A stretch of 64,000 nucleotides of DNA, from positions 1 to 64,000 of the forward strand of contig LT642147.1 in the NCBI GenBank assembly GCA_900128585.1, read 5' to 3'. Within the stretch, counting starts at the first letter, position 1, and the number at the start of each line of letters is the position of its first letter. Shown piece by piece: positions 42,835-52,700 of the stretch. Both the position numbers and the translations under genes were made by a program. This DNA is from Stramenopiles sp. TOSAG23-3 (Eukaryota). The notes under the pieces were generated by a model. The model worked only from the letters and a program-made list of their open reading frames with translations, had not been told where the DNA came from and searched no databases.

Positions 42835-42920
42835 CTTTTTTTTAAACTTTTTTTTTTTTTTAATTTTTTTTTTTTCATCTCTTCTTTTTTTTTTTTGTTT
42901 CTTCTTCTTCTCCTCCTCTC
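42835..42920. repeat. Poly-T/TTC tract
   Basis: Long T runs and TTC units upstream of the kinesin gene. Confidence 0.85.
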
Positions 42921-43380
42921 TGTTGTGTGGTGTGGTGGTGATAAAAAAATAAAATATTATTATAATAATTTTTATTATTATTATTATTTTATTAAAAAAC
43001 ACAAAGTATCTTTTCAACCGATAGTATAAATTACGAAGATTGTACTTTTAAAAGAAACAAACAACAATATTGAATATCTTTTTACTATTTTCTCTTCTCT
43101 CAATGAATAAATAATAGTCATCTATGTGTGTGTACGTTGTACATTAAAAAGATACGGAAGAACTGTTCCATTGTTTCCTGGAGAAGGGCCAGGCGTATAC
43201 AACCTACCTACCGTACTACCCTCCCTGCCTACCCCCGTTACACGCGCCAACCACCGTTTGCTTTGCGTATCTTTCCTATACAATCGTCGAACCTTTTCTA
43301 GCCGATAGCGAACGCCAAGGGACGAGACCGCGGGCACGGGCGGGCGAGGGGGAAAGGGGGGGATAGTAGGACTAGGACAT

Positions 43381-46092
43381 ATGGAGGCCGAGCTTCAGGC
43401 GGCCGTGCTGGAGCACGCAAAGTACCTCGGGCTGGACCCCGCCGTCGACGGCAAGTACATGCACTTGGCGAAAGAGGCCCTGTTGGCCCAGGTCCCGGCA
43501 CCGTGGGTCCAGTACGAGAGCGAGGAAGGCATCCCGTACTACTGCAACGAGGAAACCGGCGAATCCAGCTGGGAAAACCCCATGGACAACGTCTACTTTG
43601 AAAAGATAAGGGCGCTCAAGGAGCGGGACGGCGGGGTGCAGCCCCCGGCGAGCGCCCCCGTGGCCCCGCCCGCCGTGCCGCCCCCGGCGCTCCCGCTGCC
43701 GCCGCTGTCGCCGCCCGCGGCCGCCGCCCCCGACCCCGCGCCGGGGACGGGCAAAGCCGAGCCCAAGGCAGAGCCCGAAGGCGAGGACGACATAGAAAGT
43801 ATAGTGGGCAAGCGAGTCCTTGGGGGGGGCGTGGTCGAGTACAAAGTTCACTGGAGAGGGACCGGCCCGTCCGAGGACGAGTGGTTCGGCCGGGACGACC
43901 TGTTCGCGGAGTTCCCCCAGCACGTCCGCGATTACGAGGCCGCCCGCGACGCGCACGGGGCCTCGAAGCGCCGCCCCCCTCCCCCCCTCGCTGCCGCGTC
44001 CCCCGCCGGCAGCAACGCCGCCGCCGCCGCCGCCATGGAGTCCATGGAGCGCACGATCGACGAGCTGGAGGAGGAGGTGGTGCAGGCGAGGAAGCAGCTC
44101 ATGCGCGCCAAGGAAGAAGGGGACCGGGCGGCGCGCGGGAAGCGCCGGGCCGAGAGGGAGCTGAAGGACGTCTCGGACTCCTTGGAACGGCTGCGGGAAG
44201 AACTGGAGAGGGAGGCGGAAGAGAACGACGCCATGCGCTCGAACGTTCGCCGGATGGAGGCAGAGATCAAGCGGCACGAGCGGGCCTCGCAGGTGGCCTC
44301 GGGCGCCGGGCCGGGGCCCGCGGAGGCCGCGAACGCGGAGGAGGTGCTGGCCCTGCAGAAAGAGCTGAGCGGGGCACGGGGCGAGGTCAGCACGCTGAAA
44401 GCCGAGGGCGCCGCGGCCCGCAGGGAGGCCAGGGCGCTCCAAGAGGAGGCCTCGGCCCTGTCGGAGTCCCTCGAAAAGCGCAAGGCCGAGCTCGAGCAAG
44501 AGATGCACGCGTCCGCGGAGCTGCGGAAACGGCTCTTGGCCGCGGAGGCCACGGTCCCGGACGAGGGCAAGGGCCCGGACCCGGAGGCCGCGAAGGAGCT
44601 GGAAGAGCTTCGGGGCCGGTGCGAAGCGTCGGAGAACAGGATCAGCGACCTGAAGGGCGAGCGGCGCGCGCAGAAGGAGCAGCTTGGGGTGATGCGCAGC
44701 CTCCTTCTGCAAGCGCAGTCCGAGCTGAAGACCCGGGCCGCGGAGTCGGCCGAGCTCCAGGCGACGATCGAGACCGTCCGGGCGTCCGCCGCGGCCAACC
44801 TGGACCAGGCGGAGAAGGAGAAGGCCGCGGAGATCGAGCGGGTGGTGCAGGGCCGCCTCGCCGCGGCGCGGAGCGTCGCCGACGCGGAGATCGCCGCCGT
44901 CCGGGGACAGCTCGAAGCGGCCGAGGCGAAGCTGGTCGAGGAAATGACGAAGCGGCGGCGGCTGCACAACCGGGTCATGGAGCTGCAGGGCAACATACGC
45001 GTGTACTGCCGGGCCCGCCCGGTCAGCGCGACCGAGGAGGGGTTCGGGGACGAGAAGGCGGCCGTCGTGGTGCGCATGCCCGCGAACGACGACGGGTCCG
45101 TCCTGGTCCGCGCGTCCCTGGAGCAGCGAGAAATACGGTCCGACTTTGACTTTGACGCGGGGTTCTGGACCGGGTCGACGCAGGCGGGCGTGTTCGAACG
45201 GGTCCACCCGTTTGTGGTGAGCGCGATGGACGGGTACAACTGCTGCATATTCGCCTACGGCCAGACGGGGAGCGGGAAGACGTACACCATGGAGGGCCGG
45301 GCGGCCGACCGGGGCGTGAACGTGCGCGCGCTGGACGCCATGTTCGAGGAGGCCGGGAGCCGGGCGAAGAATTTGGGAATGCAGTACACGTTTGCGGTGA
45401 CCATGTGCGAAATATACCAGGAAGAGGTGTACGACCTTCTCCCGGAGACGAAGGTCGCCACGAGGACGAAGATCCAGCTTCGCCAAGGGAAGGGCGGGGC
45501 CGTGTACGCGGAGGGGCTGAACTCGGTCCCCGTCGCCACCACGGAAGACGTAGAACGCCTCGTCAAGCGCGGGCACAAGAACCGCTCCGTGGGGGCCCAC
45601 AACTTCAACGAGCACTCGTCCCGGTCCCACCTGGTGGTCGCCGTGGAGATACGGCGAGAAATCGTTCGGGACGACGGCCGAACGATGGTCCGGGTCTGCA
45701 CGCTCAACTTGGTCGATTTGGCGGGGAGCGAAAGGATCAGCAAGACCGACGCCAAGGGGGTGCGGCTGAAGGAGGCCCAGAGCATCAACAAAAGCCTGTC
45801 CGCGCTGGGCGACGTGATCGGGGCGCTGGGGGGCGCGAGCAAGCACGTCCCGTACCGGAACTCCAAGCTGACCTGGCTGCTGAGCGGGTCCCTCAGCGGC
45901 AACTCGAAAGTCCTGATGTTCGTGTGCATTTCGCCGACGAAAATGTGCGTGTCCGAGACCATGTGCTCGCTCAATTTTGCGCAGCGCTGCCGGTCGACCG
46001 AGCTCGGCCGGGCCAGCAAAGTTGGGGAGAGCTCGGGGGGGGGCGCGGGAGGCGCAAGGGGGCACCTGAGGCGCGGCAGCGGGAGGCGGTGA
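43381..46092 (+). CDS. Kinesin-14 (C-terminal motor) with N-terminal CEP164-like WW region and chromodomain
   Basis: Neck RRRLHNRVMELQGNIRVYCR; P-loop FAYGQTGSGKT; NEHSSRSH, LVDLAGSER and HVPYRNSKLT. WW domain PAPWVQY..YYCNEETGESSWENP. Chromo-like IESIVGKR..EYKVHWRG..DEW. Confidence 0.9.
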   Translation: MEAELQAAVLEHAKYLGLDPAVDGKYMHLAKEALLAQVPAPWVQYESEEGIPYYCNEETGESSWENPMDNVYFEKIRALKERDGGVQPPASAPVAPPAVPPPALPLPPLSPPAAAAPDPAPGTGKAEPKAEPEGEDDIESIVGKRVLGGGVVEYKVHWRGTGPSEDEWFGRDDLFAEFPQHVRDYEAARDAHGASKRRPPPPLAAASPAGSNAAAAAAMESMERTIDELEEEVVQARKQLMRAKEEGDRAARGKRRAERELKDVSDSLERLREELEREAEENDAMRSNVRRMEAEIKRHERASQVASGAGPGPAEAANAEEVLALQKELSGARGEVSTLKAEGAAARREARALQEEASALSESLEKRKAELEQEMHASAELRKRLLAAEATVPDEGKGPDPEAAKELEELRGRCEASENRISDLKGERRAQKEQLGVMRSLLLQAQSELKTRAAESAELQATIETVRASAAANLDQAEKEKAAEIERVVQGRLAAARSVADAEIAAVRGQLEAAEAKLVEEMTKRRRLHNRVMELQGNIRVYCRARPVSATEEGFGDEKAAVVVRMPANDDGSVLVRASLEQREIRSDFDFDAGFWTGSTQAGVFERVHPFVVSAMDGYNCCIFAYGQTGSGKTYTMEGRAADRGVNVRALDAMFEEAGSRAKNLGMQYTFAVTMCEIYQEEVYDLLPETKVATRTKIQLRQGKGGAVYAEGLNSVPVATTEDVERLVKRGHKNRSVGAHNFNEHSSRSHLVVAVEIRREIVRDDGRTMVRVCTLNLVDLAGSERISKTDAKGVRLKEAQSINKSLSALGDVIGALGGASKHVPYRNSKLTWLLSGSLSGNSKVLMFVCISPTKMCVSETMCSLNFAQRCRSTELGRASKVGESSGGGAGGARGHLRRGSGRR

Positions 46093-46730
46093 TGCGAGGG
46101 GGAGGGGGGAGGGAGGGGGCCAACGTAACGTATTAAAACAAAAAAATACATACGAAGTAAGGTAAGCGAATGTAACAACGTAATGCCTGCAATTTAGGTA
46201 CGTTATTTAAAATTTATCGTCTTCATGCACCGCGAATGTAAATCTGCTCCTTCGGTCCAGGAAAAAATAAAAATGAAATATATACTTTTGATACAAGAAA
46301 ATTGGCTGTTATTTAAGTAATTAAATTAATGTACTGCGAACTGAAATCTAGATTTAGACATTCTAGGTTTACATTCCTTCATGACTAATCGATATACCCT
46401 TGCCACTTAGTCTTGACTATCATTCTCAGATGAACTCCCTTCATAATCTGAACCAGTAGATGGATTAGCATTGTATACTTTTCGTATCCTCTTTATTCCC
46501 GTGTGGTGGGACCAAGTTATATAAGAAATACCAGTTTAATAAACACGACATGGAAAAAATTGAAGATCAAGATTTTTACAGGTACTCTTGTATTATAAAA
46601 TCTTAAAGTTTAATATCGTACGAAATAAGCCCTAAGTATATTTTAGTATGGAGGCGTTCTCGAGGTTTGGTTTGCCCGCACCGCCACGAAAAGGCTCCTC
46701 GTGCGCACGATACACGCCCGCCGCCCGGCC

Positions 46731-49700
46731 TTAAATCTGTTGGGTTTTTGGCTCGGGAGACGAGGGCAGCTGAAAGCTGGACGCCTTTGCCCCTGCGGAC
46801 GCTTTCACGGATTTCTTCTTCGTCTTCTTCTTCTGCCCGGCCGAGGACTTCTTCTGGCCCGCGCTTTTCGTCTTGGACTTCCTCGCCCCCTTCTTCTCCG
46901 GGCCCTTCTCCGCGTCTGGCCCGTCCCCGCCTTCCAGGTCCACCATGGCAATCTCTTTCTCCCCGTCGGATTTTTTGGCCGGCTTGGGCTTGCTGGCGAC
47001 CTTCTTCAACGCCAACTCCTTCGCCTCGATGCGGGCAAGCACCTCCGTCTGCTCCGTCTCCAGCTCCCCGATGCTCTCCTCGATGGAGTCCCCCTCGTCG
47101 CCTTCGTCCAGGGCCTTCTTCTTTTCCCGCAGCGCCTTCATTTCCGCGTCGATCTCCACCAAGCGCTCCACGTCCGGGTCGCTCGAGGCAAGCGGGCCCT
47201 TGTACACGGGGTCGTCGCCCTTCCTGCCCAGCATGAAGAACAACCCAAAGCACACCAGCCCGATCAAGATGACAATCGCGACGATGATCAGCCAGGTCAA
47301 GTCGAAGGCCCCGGTCCCGGCGGCGGCGGCGGCGTCGTCCGTGGCGGGCGACGGTTTGGGGGTGCACACGTCACCGGTATCGCAGTACGTGGCAACGCTG
47401 CCCATGGCGCTCCCGCAAAAGCACGCCTGCGAGGCTTCCTCGCCTTGGGTGCAGGGGCGGCGCTGCGGCACGGCTCCCCCGTTCGCGTCGTACTTGCACA
47501 CTTGCCCGGGTGCCAACAGGTCGGGGATGGCCGAGCTGGTGCCACACTTGCACGCCACGGAAACGATCACGTCTGCGGGGCAGTCCACAACGTTGGCAAG
47601 GCGAGCCACGGTGCTTTCGTCGCTGCTGGAAGTCCCAAAGCCCGGGACGAGGCACGTCTGCAGCGGCCCTTGGGCCACCTTGCACTTGAGACCCTGCTCG
47701 TTGCAGCAGGCGCACGGGAGCCCGGTCAACGCGTTGCCGTCGGTGGAGCACCGTCCCAGGGCCGTGTCTTTCAGGACCGTGTGCGCGCACACCTGCCCAC
47801 TGGCGATCATGGCACTCCCGCACCTGCAGGGGAGCGAGGCAACTGCAGACCCATCGCTGGAGCTGCATGGCGCGACTTCGGACGTGGCGCCGCCCGCGCA
47901 AGCCTGCCCTGCCTGGGCGATGGTGCATTGGGTGCCGTCCGTGTTGCAGCATGCGCACTCGGACGTTGTTACTGCTCCGTCGATGCACTTGGTAAGGGTG
48001 CCGTCGGTTTTGATGGAGTGGTAGCACACGCCGCCGGGCACAATCGTCTTTGCGCCGCACGTGCACGTGACTTTGGTAGCCGCCGTGCCGTCTTGGTTCG
48101 CGCAGTCCGTGAACGCGCTCACGGCCGCCGTTGACGCGCCCGTCAGGCACGTATCTGTCGTGGTGGCCAGTTTGCAGGCTCCCCCGTCGGTGCTGCAGCA
48201 GAAGCACTCTGCGGTCGGCCGGTTCCCGTCGGTGGTTGTGCACTTTGCAATCTTGTACGAGTCCTCGGCGTTTTTCAGGTTGCAAACGTCTCCGCTCACG
48301 GCGTTGGGCGCCGTGGGCACCCCGCACGTGCACGACTTCGTTGTGGCGCTGATGCCGTCCCTGGGGCTGCATGTGCTCAACAGGGACACGGCGCTGTTCA
48401 GGCACACCCTTCCCGATTCCGCTTGGTTGCACGCCTGCCAGGCGTTGCAGCACGCGCAAAACCCGGTGTTGACGCTGCCGTCGCTCTTCGCACACTTCGA
48501 CAGGACTTTCTTCGAGTACCGGTTGTGGATGCACAGATCCCCGCTCGCAATCGCCGGCGTTTTTCCGCCGCACTTGCAGGCTCGAGGGGCGGCGTGGTAC
48601 CCGTGCTGGAATCTTTCGTTGTTTTGCATGTCGATCTGAACGTCGTCGCAGTTTTGGACGTTGTCCACCCGGGAGGAACCGCCGACGAGCTTGTCCTCTC
48701 GGTCTGTGCCAGACTGACCAGTAAACCCGGTCCTCAACCCTGCATTTGCAGTATTGCACGCCCCGGTCGCTAACAATGCGTGCAACCGGAAAGTACTCCC
48801 TTCTGCGTTTATGTTTTGAACACAGTACGTTGTTCCATCGCGCAGCCCGTTGGGGATATTTGAAGATGCAAGGTGTGTATCAGCCTCGTTTCCGAGGGCG
48901 TAGGTCACATTTTGGCCATCGGAAAACCCGTGATTTTCGATGGTGAACGTGTCGCCGTTAAATGCTTTGAGAAAGTAGTACGTCAGCCCGCACGTCTGCC
49001 CGACCTTGGCGTAGTTGCACTGGCGAGGGTAGGTGCCTGCGACTGGGCAGCACGCTTGGGCCGTAGTGGCGACGATCCCCCCGCCCCCTGCGAATATGGT
49101 CATCGATTGCATCGCTTTCGTCTCGCACACCTCGCCCCTTCCCATCGGCGATCCCCTGGTAGTTGGCACGCCCGTGTTGAGGCAGTAGCACTCCGTGGCC
49201 GTCTGCCGGATGTTGTCCCCGGCGGTCTTGGGCGTGCTGGTTAGGAAACACTGCAAGCCCCCTTTCCATGCGTCAGTGGATGATATTGCAGTACTAGTGA
49301 ACAGCCCCCCAGCCGCGTTTGGCGAGGTAAGGGTGATTGGAGAGCCCGTGGAAGCAATAGCGTCTCGGTGCCAAAATGTCAATGTTCCTTTGGTCGGTGA
49401 AAGCTTTGCCTTGGCGTTGTTGTTCAAGACGAACGTGGACCCCGCCGACGTTGTGTACGCCAAGGTACCGGTGGGCGCCAAGGACTCCGTGACACTCATG
49501 TAAATGGGGTCTCCGTTAGCAATAGTAGTGTCTGTTGGAGTTCCCCTGGTTACCGTGACTGTAGTTGAACCACCAGTTGACGTAACTGTCATGATTTCGC
49601 TTTTGATTTTGATCAGTAAACGTAGTCCCAGTTCCCGAGAGCGTATTAGTAACGACTGTCGTCTTTGCAGTGGTGAGCAAAATAGGGTCGGTGTCGGCGT

Positions 49701-52700
49701 CAAGTATAGTTGCCGGAGAACTATGCCTCACAACCGTGACCTCGTCTGGGTCGCCACTATTATCAACTGAAGCAACTCTCATGATTTCGCCGTCGATTTG
49801 GATTACATCTCCTGCGCTGAACCTAGTTCCTTCGCCATCAGCGACATTAAACGTAGTCCCACTGGAGAGCGTACTCGAAACAACAGAAGCGAGCGCCACG
49901 GTAGCGATAGCCTCGTCTATCCTGGTCACCGCTAAGTTGTACGTCACTGCCGTGTTCGCTCGCGCGTTTGGTTGAAAGATATCGGGGGACGATTGCGTGT
50001 CCGTGCACACAATTGTCACTTCAGTGTTTGCGGCGATGGCGGTCATGGTGTTGCCGTTAGCATCCGTGCGCCCCGGAATTACCGTTAAAACTTTTCCTGT
50101 TGATCCTGAAACTGCAAATGTTGTTGAAGTCCCAAATACGGTCCCTCCTGCCGAGCTTGATTGACAGTACTGGGCGAGTGTGGTACTCGCATGGTCATCA
50201 CGAAACACTTGCGTGGCAAAGGTCGCCACAATAGAATCTTCGCCCACGGTGAATGGCCTTGCCGTTGTAAACGTAAGGGTAAGCTGCGTGGGGCGCAAGT
50301 GCTCCTTCAGGCTGCTCGTGCCCAGTTGCACCGTCGGTACCCCTGTCGTTTGGTATGCGAACGTTCCCATCGGGGAAAACACGGTGGCCTTGCTGGCAGT
50401 ATCCTGGTAATATGGTTTGCCAATGTTGGCAGTAGTCCCTGCGCGCGCACGGTACGTCACGACTGTGTTTGCCGCGGGGTTGGCGTTGTACATGGTAGCA
50501 GCTTCGCAAGCGATGGTGACGGTTGAATGTTTTGCGATTGCGCCGGCGGTGACTACTTCAAGCACCGATCCTTTCTGGTAGGCGTAAATGGGGTCTCCGG
50601 CAGCAATAGCGTCACTCGCGGTACTCCCCCTGGTTACCATTACTTGGTCTGCACTAGTAGAACTAGTACCATCAACCGCGTCAGTCGCTTGAACGACCGT
50701 CATGATTTCGCCGCGAATTTGGATGCGCATACCGGGTTGAAAAAGTGTTGCTTTGCCATTAGGAATGGAAAACGTAATATCAGTGGCAGCTGGGGTAAAA
50801 GCAGTTGTGACTGTGGTTAGCTGGGCCTGAAAGTAAATGGGGTCTCCGTTAGCAATAGTAGAGTCTTTTGGAGTTCCCCTGGTTACCGTGACTGTAGTTG
50901 AACCACCAGTTGACGTAACTGTCATGATTTCGCTTTTGATTTTGATACAGTAAACGAAGTCCCAGCTCCGGAGAGCGCATTAGTAACGACTGTCGTCTTT
51001 GCAGTGGTGAGGTAAATAGGGTCGGTGGCACCGGCGGCAAAACTTCCTGGCGTTGAATGCCGAGCTACCGCGACGGTTGTCACGGTACCATCTGACGTAA
51101 CTCTCATGAATTCGGTGCCGATTTTGATAACCCTACCTTCTGGGAAAAGCGCCACATCACCATTAGCAACATAGATCGAGGTCCCTGTATTACCACTGTC
51201 TGCGAAGTTATTACTGGCGGCCCCACCCCCATCCGCATTAGTTGTGGTTAGGGTAAAAAGCGCCACGGTAGCGATAGCCTCGTCTATCCGGTCCAACTTC
51301 ATCCCGCTCGACGTAAAGATGGACCCCGACGCAAAATTGGTGGTTCCACCAATTTTGCTGAGCGTGCTGCACCTGGTCGTTTCGACCTCCTCGTTCGCAA
51401 AGATCCCGTGGCTAAACTCGAACCGTATCCTGTCGTCCACGGCAAGTGCCGCCGGCGCAGTGAATTGCATCGTCAGCCTCGTCGGTTGCATTCTTTCGCC
51501 CGTCTTATCGATGCTTACGGTGGATAGTGCGGTGGACGTGAAGCCAGGCGTGGAAGGAGCGGACACGGCATAGTCAGCCCCTGCGTTGTTATCGGTATCG
51601 ATTCCAATCCCGAAAGTGAGCGAATTGTTAGCAGCAGGGTTCTTGGTGAATATGCCGTAGTGCTGGACCGTATCGCCGGAACTATGTGCGGCGAAGGCTC
51701 CAACTCCAAATAAGCTCGTCCTTGAAGCAACGGTCAATGTGTTGCCAGCCACGGTTGTGACCCGCATCACTTCATTGTTAATTCTGATGTATTTATTCAC
51801 AAGGCCGCTTCCCCCAAGGATACTAGCATCCGCTACTGGCACGGACACGTCCGTGGCGGCGTTGTTGTTGGCCACATTGGCCGTCAGGGTGGTAGTGGCG
51901 CTCCGGCGAAGATCGACGCAACGTATGAGGACTGTTGCGCCCTTGGCAATATTGTTCACCTTTGGCGTCACGGTCAAAACATTCCCGTTTCCGTTCACAC
52001 TGAAAATGGACGTGGCAGCCATCGTACTTCCTGCAGCCATGCTCTGTCTGCACATCGTGGAAATGTCGACAGTGGCGGTGGTATCGAATATTTTGCGAGA
52101 GAATGTGATGATTATGTCATGATTGGTGTGTGTTATTGCTTGAGGGGCTTTAAAGGTCACTTGCAAGTCCATCGGTGTCATTTCTTCCCTAGAATCATCA
52201 ATGGTAAGCTCGGACGCCGACAACGTCGTGTATGCTGGCATCGTCACGTCCCCAATTGCAGTCCCAGTTCCACCCGAAACAGTATCACCTGCTGCTCTTA
52301 ATTGGTATTTCACCAGGGTATTTGCCGCGGCATTCGGTTGGAAAATATTGCTTGACGCTCTGGTGTCCGTGCAAACAATCGTTACGTCAGAGTTCTTAGG
52401 AATGTCATCGGGAGTGGTCTTCGGAGTTATTGTCAATATTTGTCCCACACCAAAATTAGTAACCCCATTCCCAGTCACTTCAAACGTTGACGCGGCGTCA
52501 ATGGTGACCGTGCCCCCTGTCGCGGTTCTTATTGTGCTGCTTGCTTTACAGTACGTGTTGAGAACAGTATCGGCGTGGTCGAGGGAAAAAATTTTTGTGT
52601 TAAATTTTAGAACAATAGTGTGCGGGGCCGATTCATCGATAAGGGCCGGCGCGGTGAACGCAAGGGTCAGGGTTGTGGGGTTGAACCCCTCCCTCAATTC

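Noticed and set aside
43372-46065. 897-aa antisense ORF and other long overlapping ORFs across the kinesin gene
   Set aside because: Shadow ORFs expected from very high GC at third positions; no recognisable motifs, while the plus strand encodes a complete kinesin.
49610-50950. Programmed ribosomal frameshifting at atc aaa atc aaa
   Set aside because: The two sites need shifts in opposite directions, and sequence appears missing relative to sister modules.
49500-51027. Direct repeats as LTRs or a CRISPR/DGR-like cassette
   Set aside because: Both copies are coding modules of the same protein. There is no reverse transcriptase, integrase, cas gene or spacer array nearby, and no clear adenine-specific pattern of differences.
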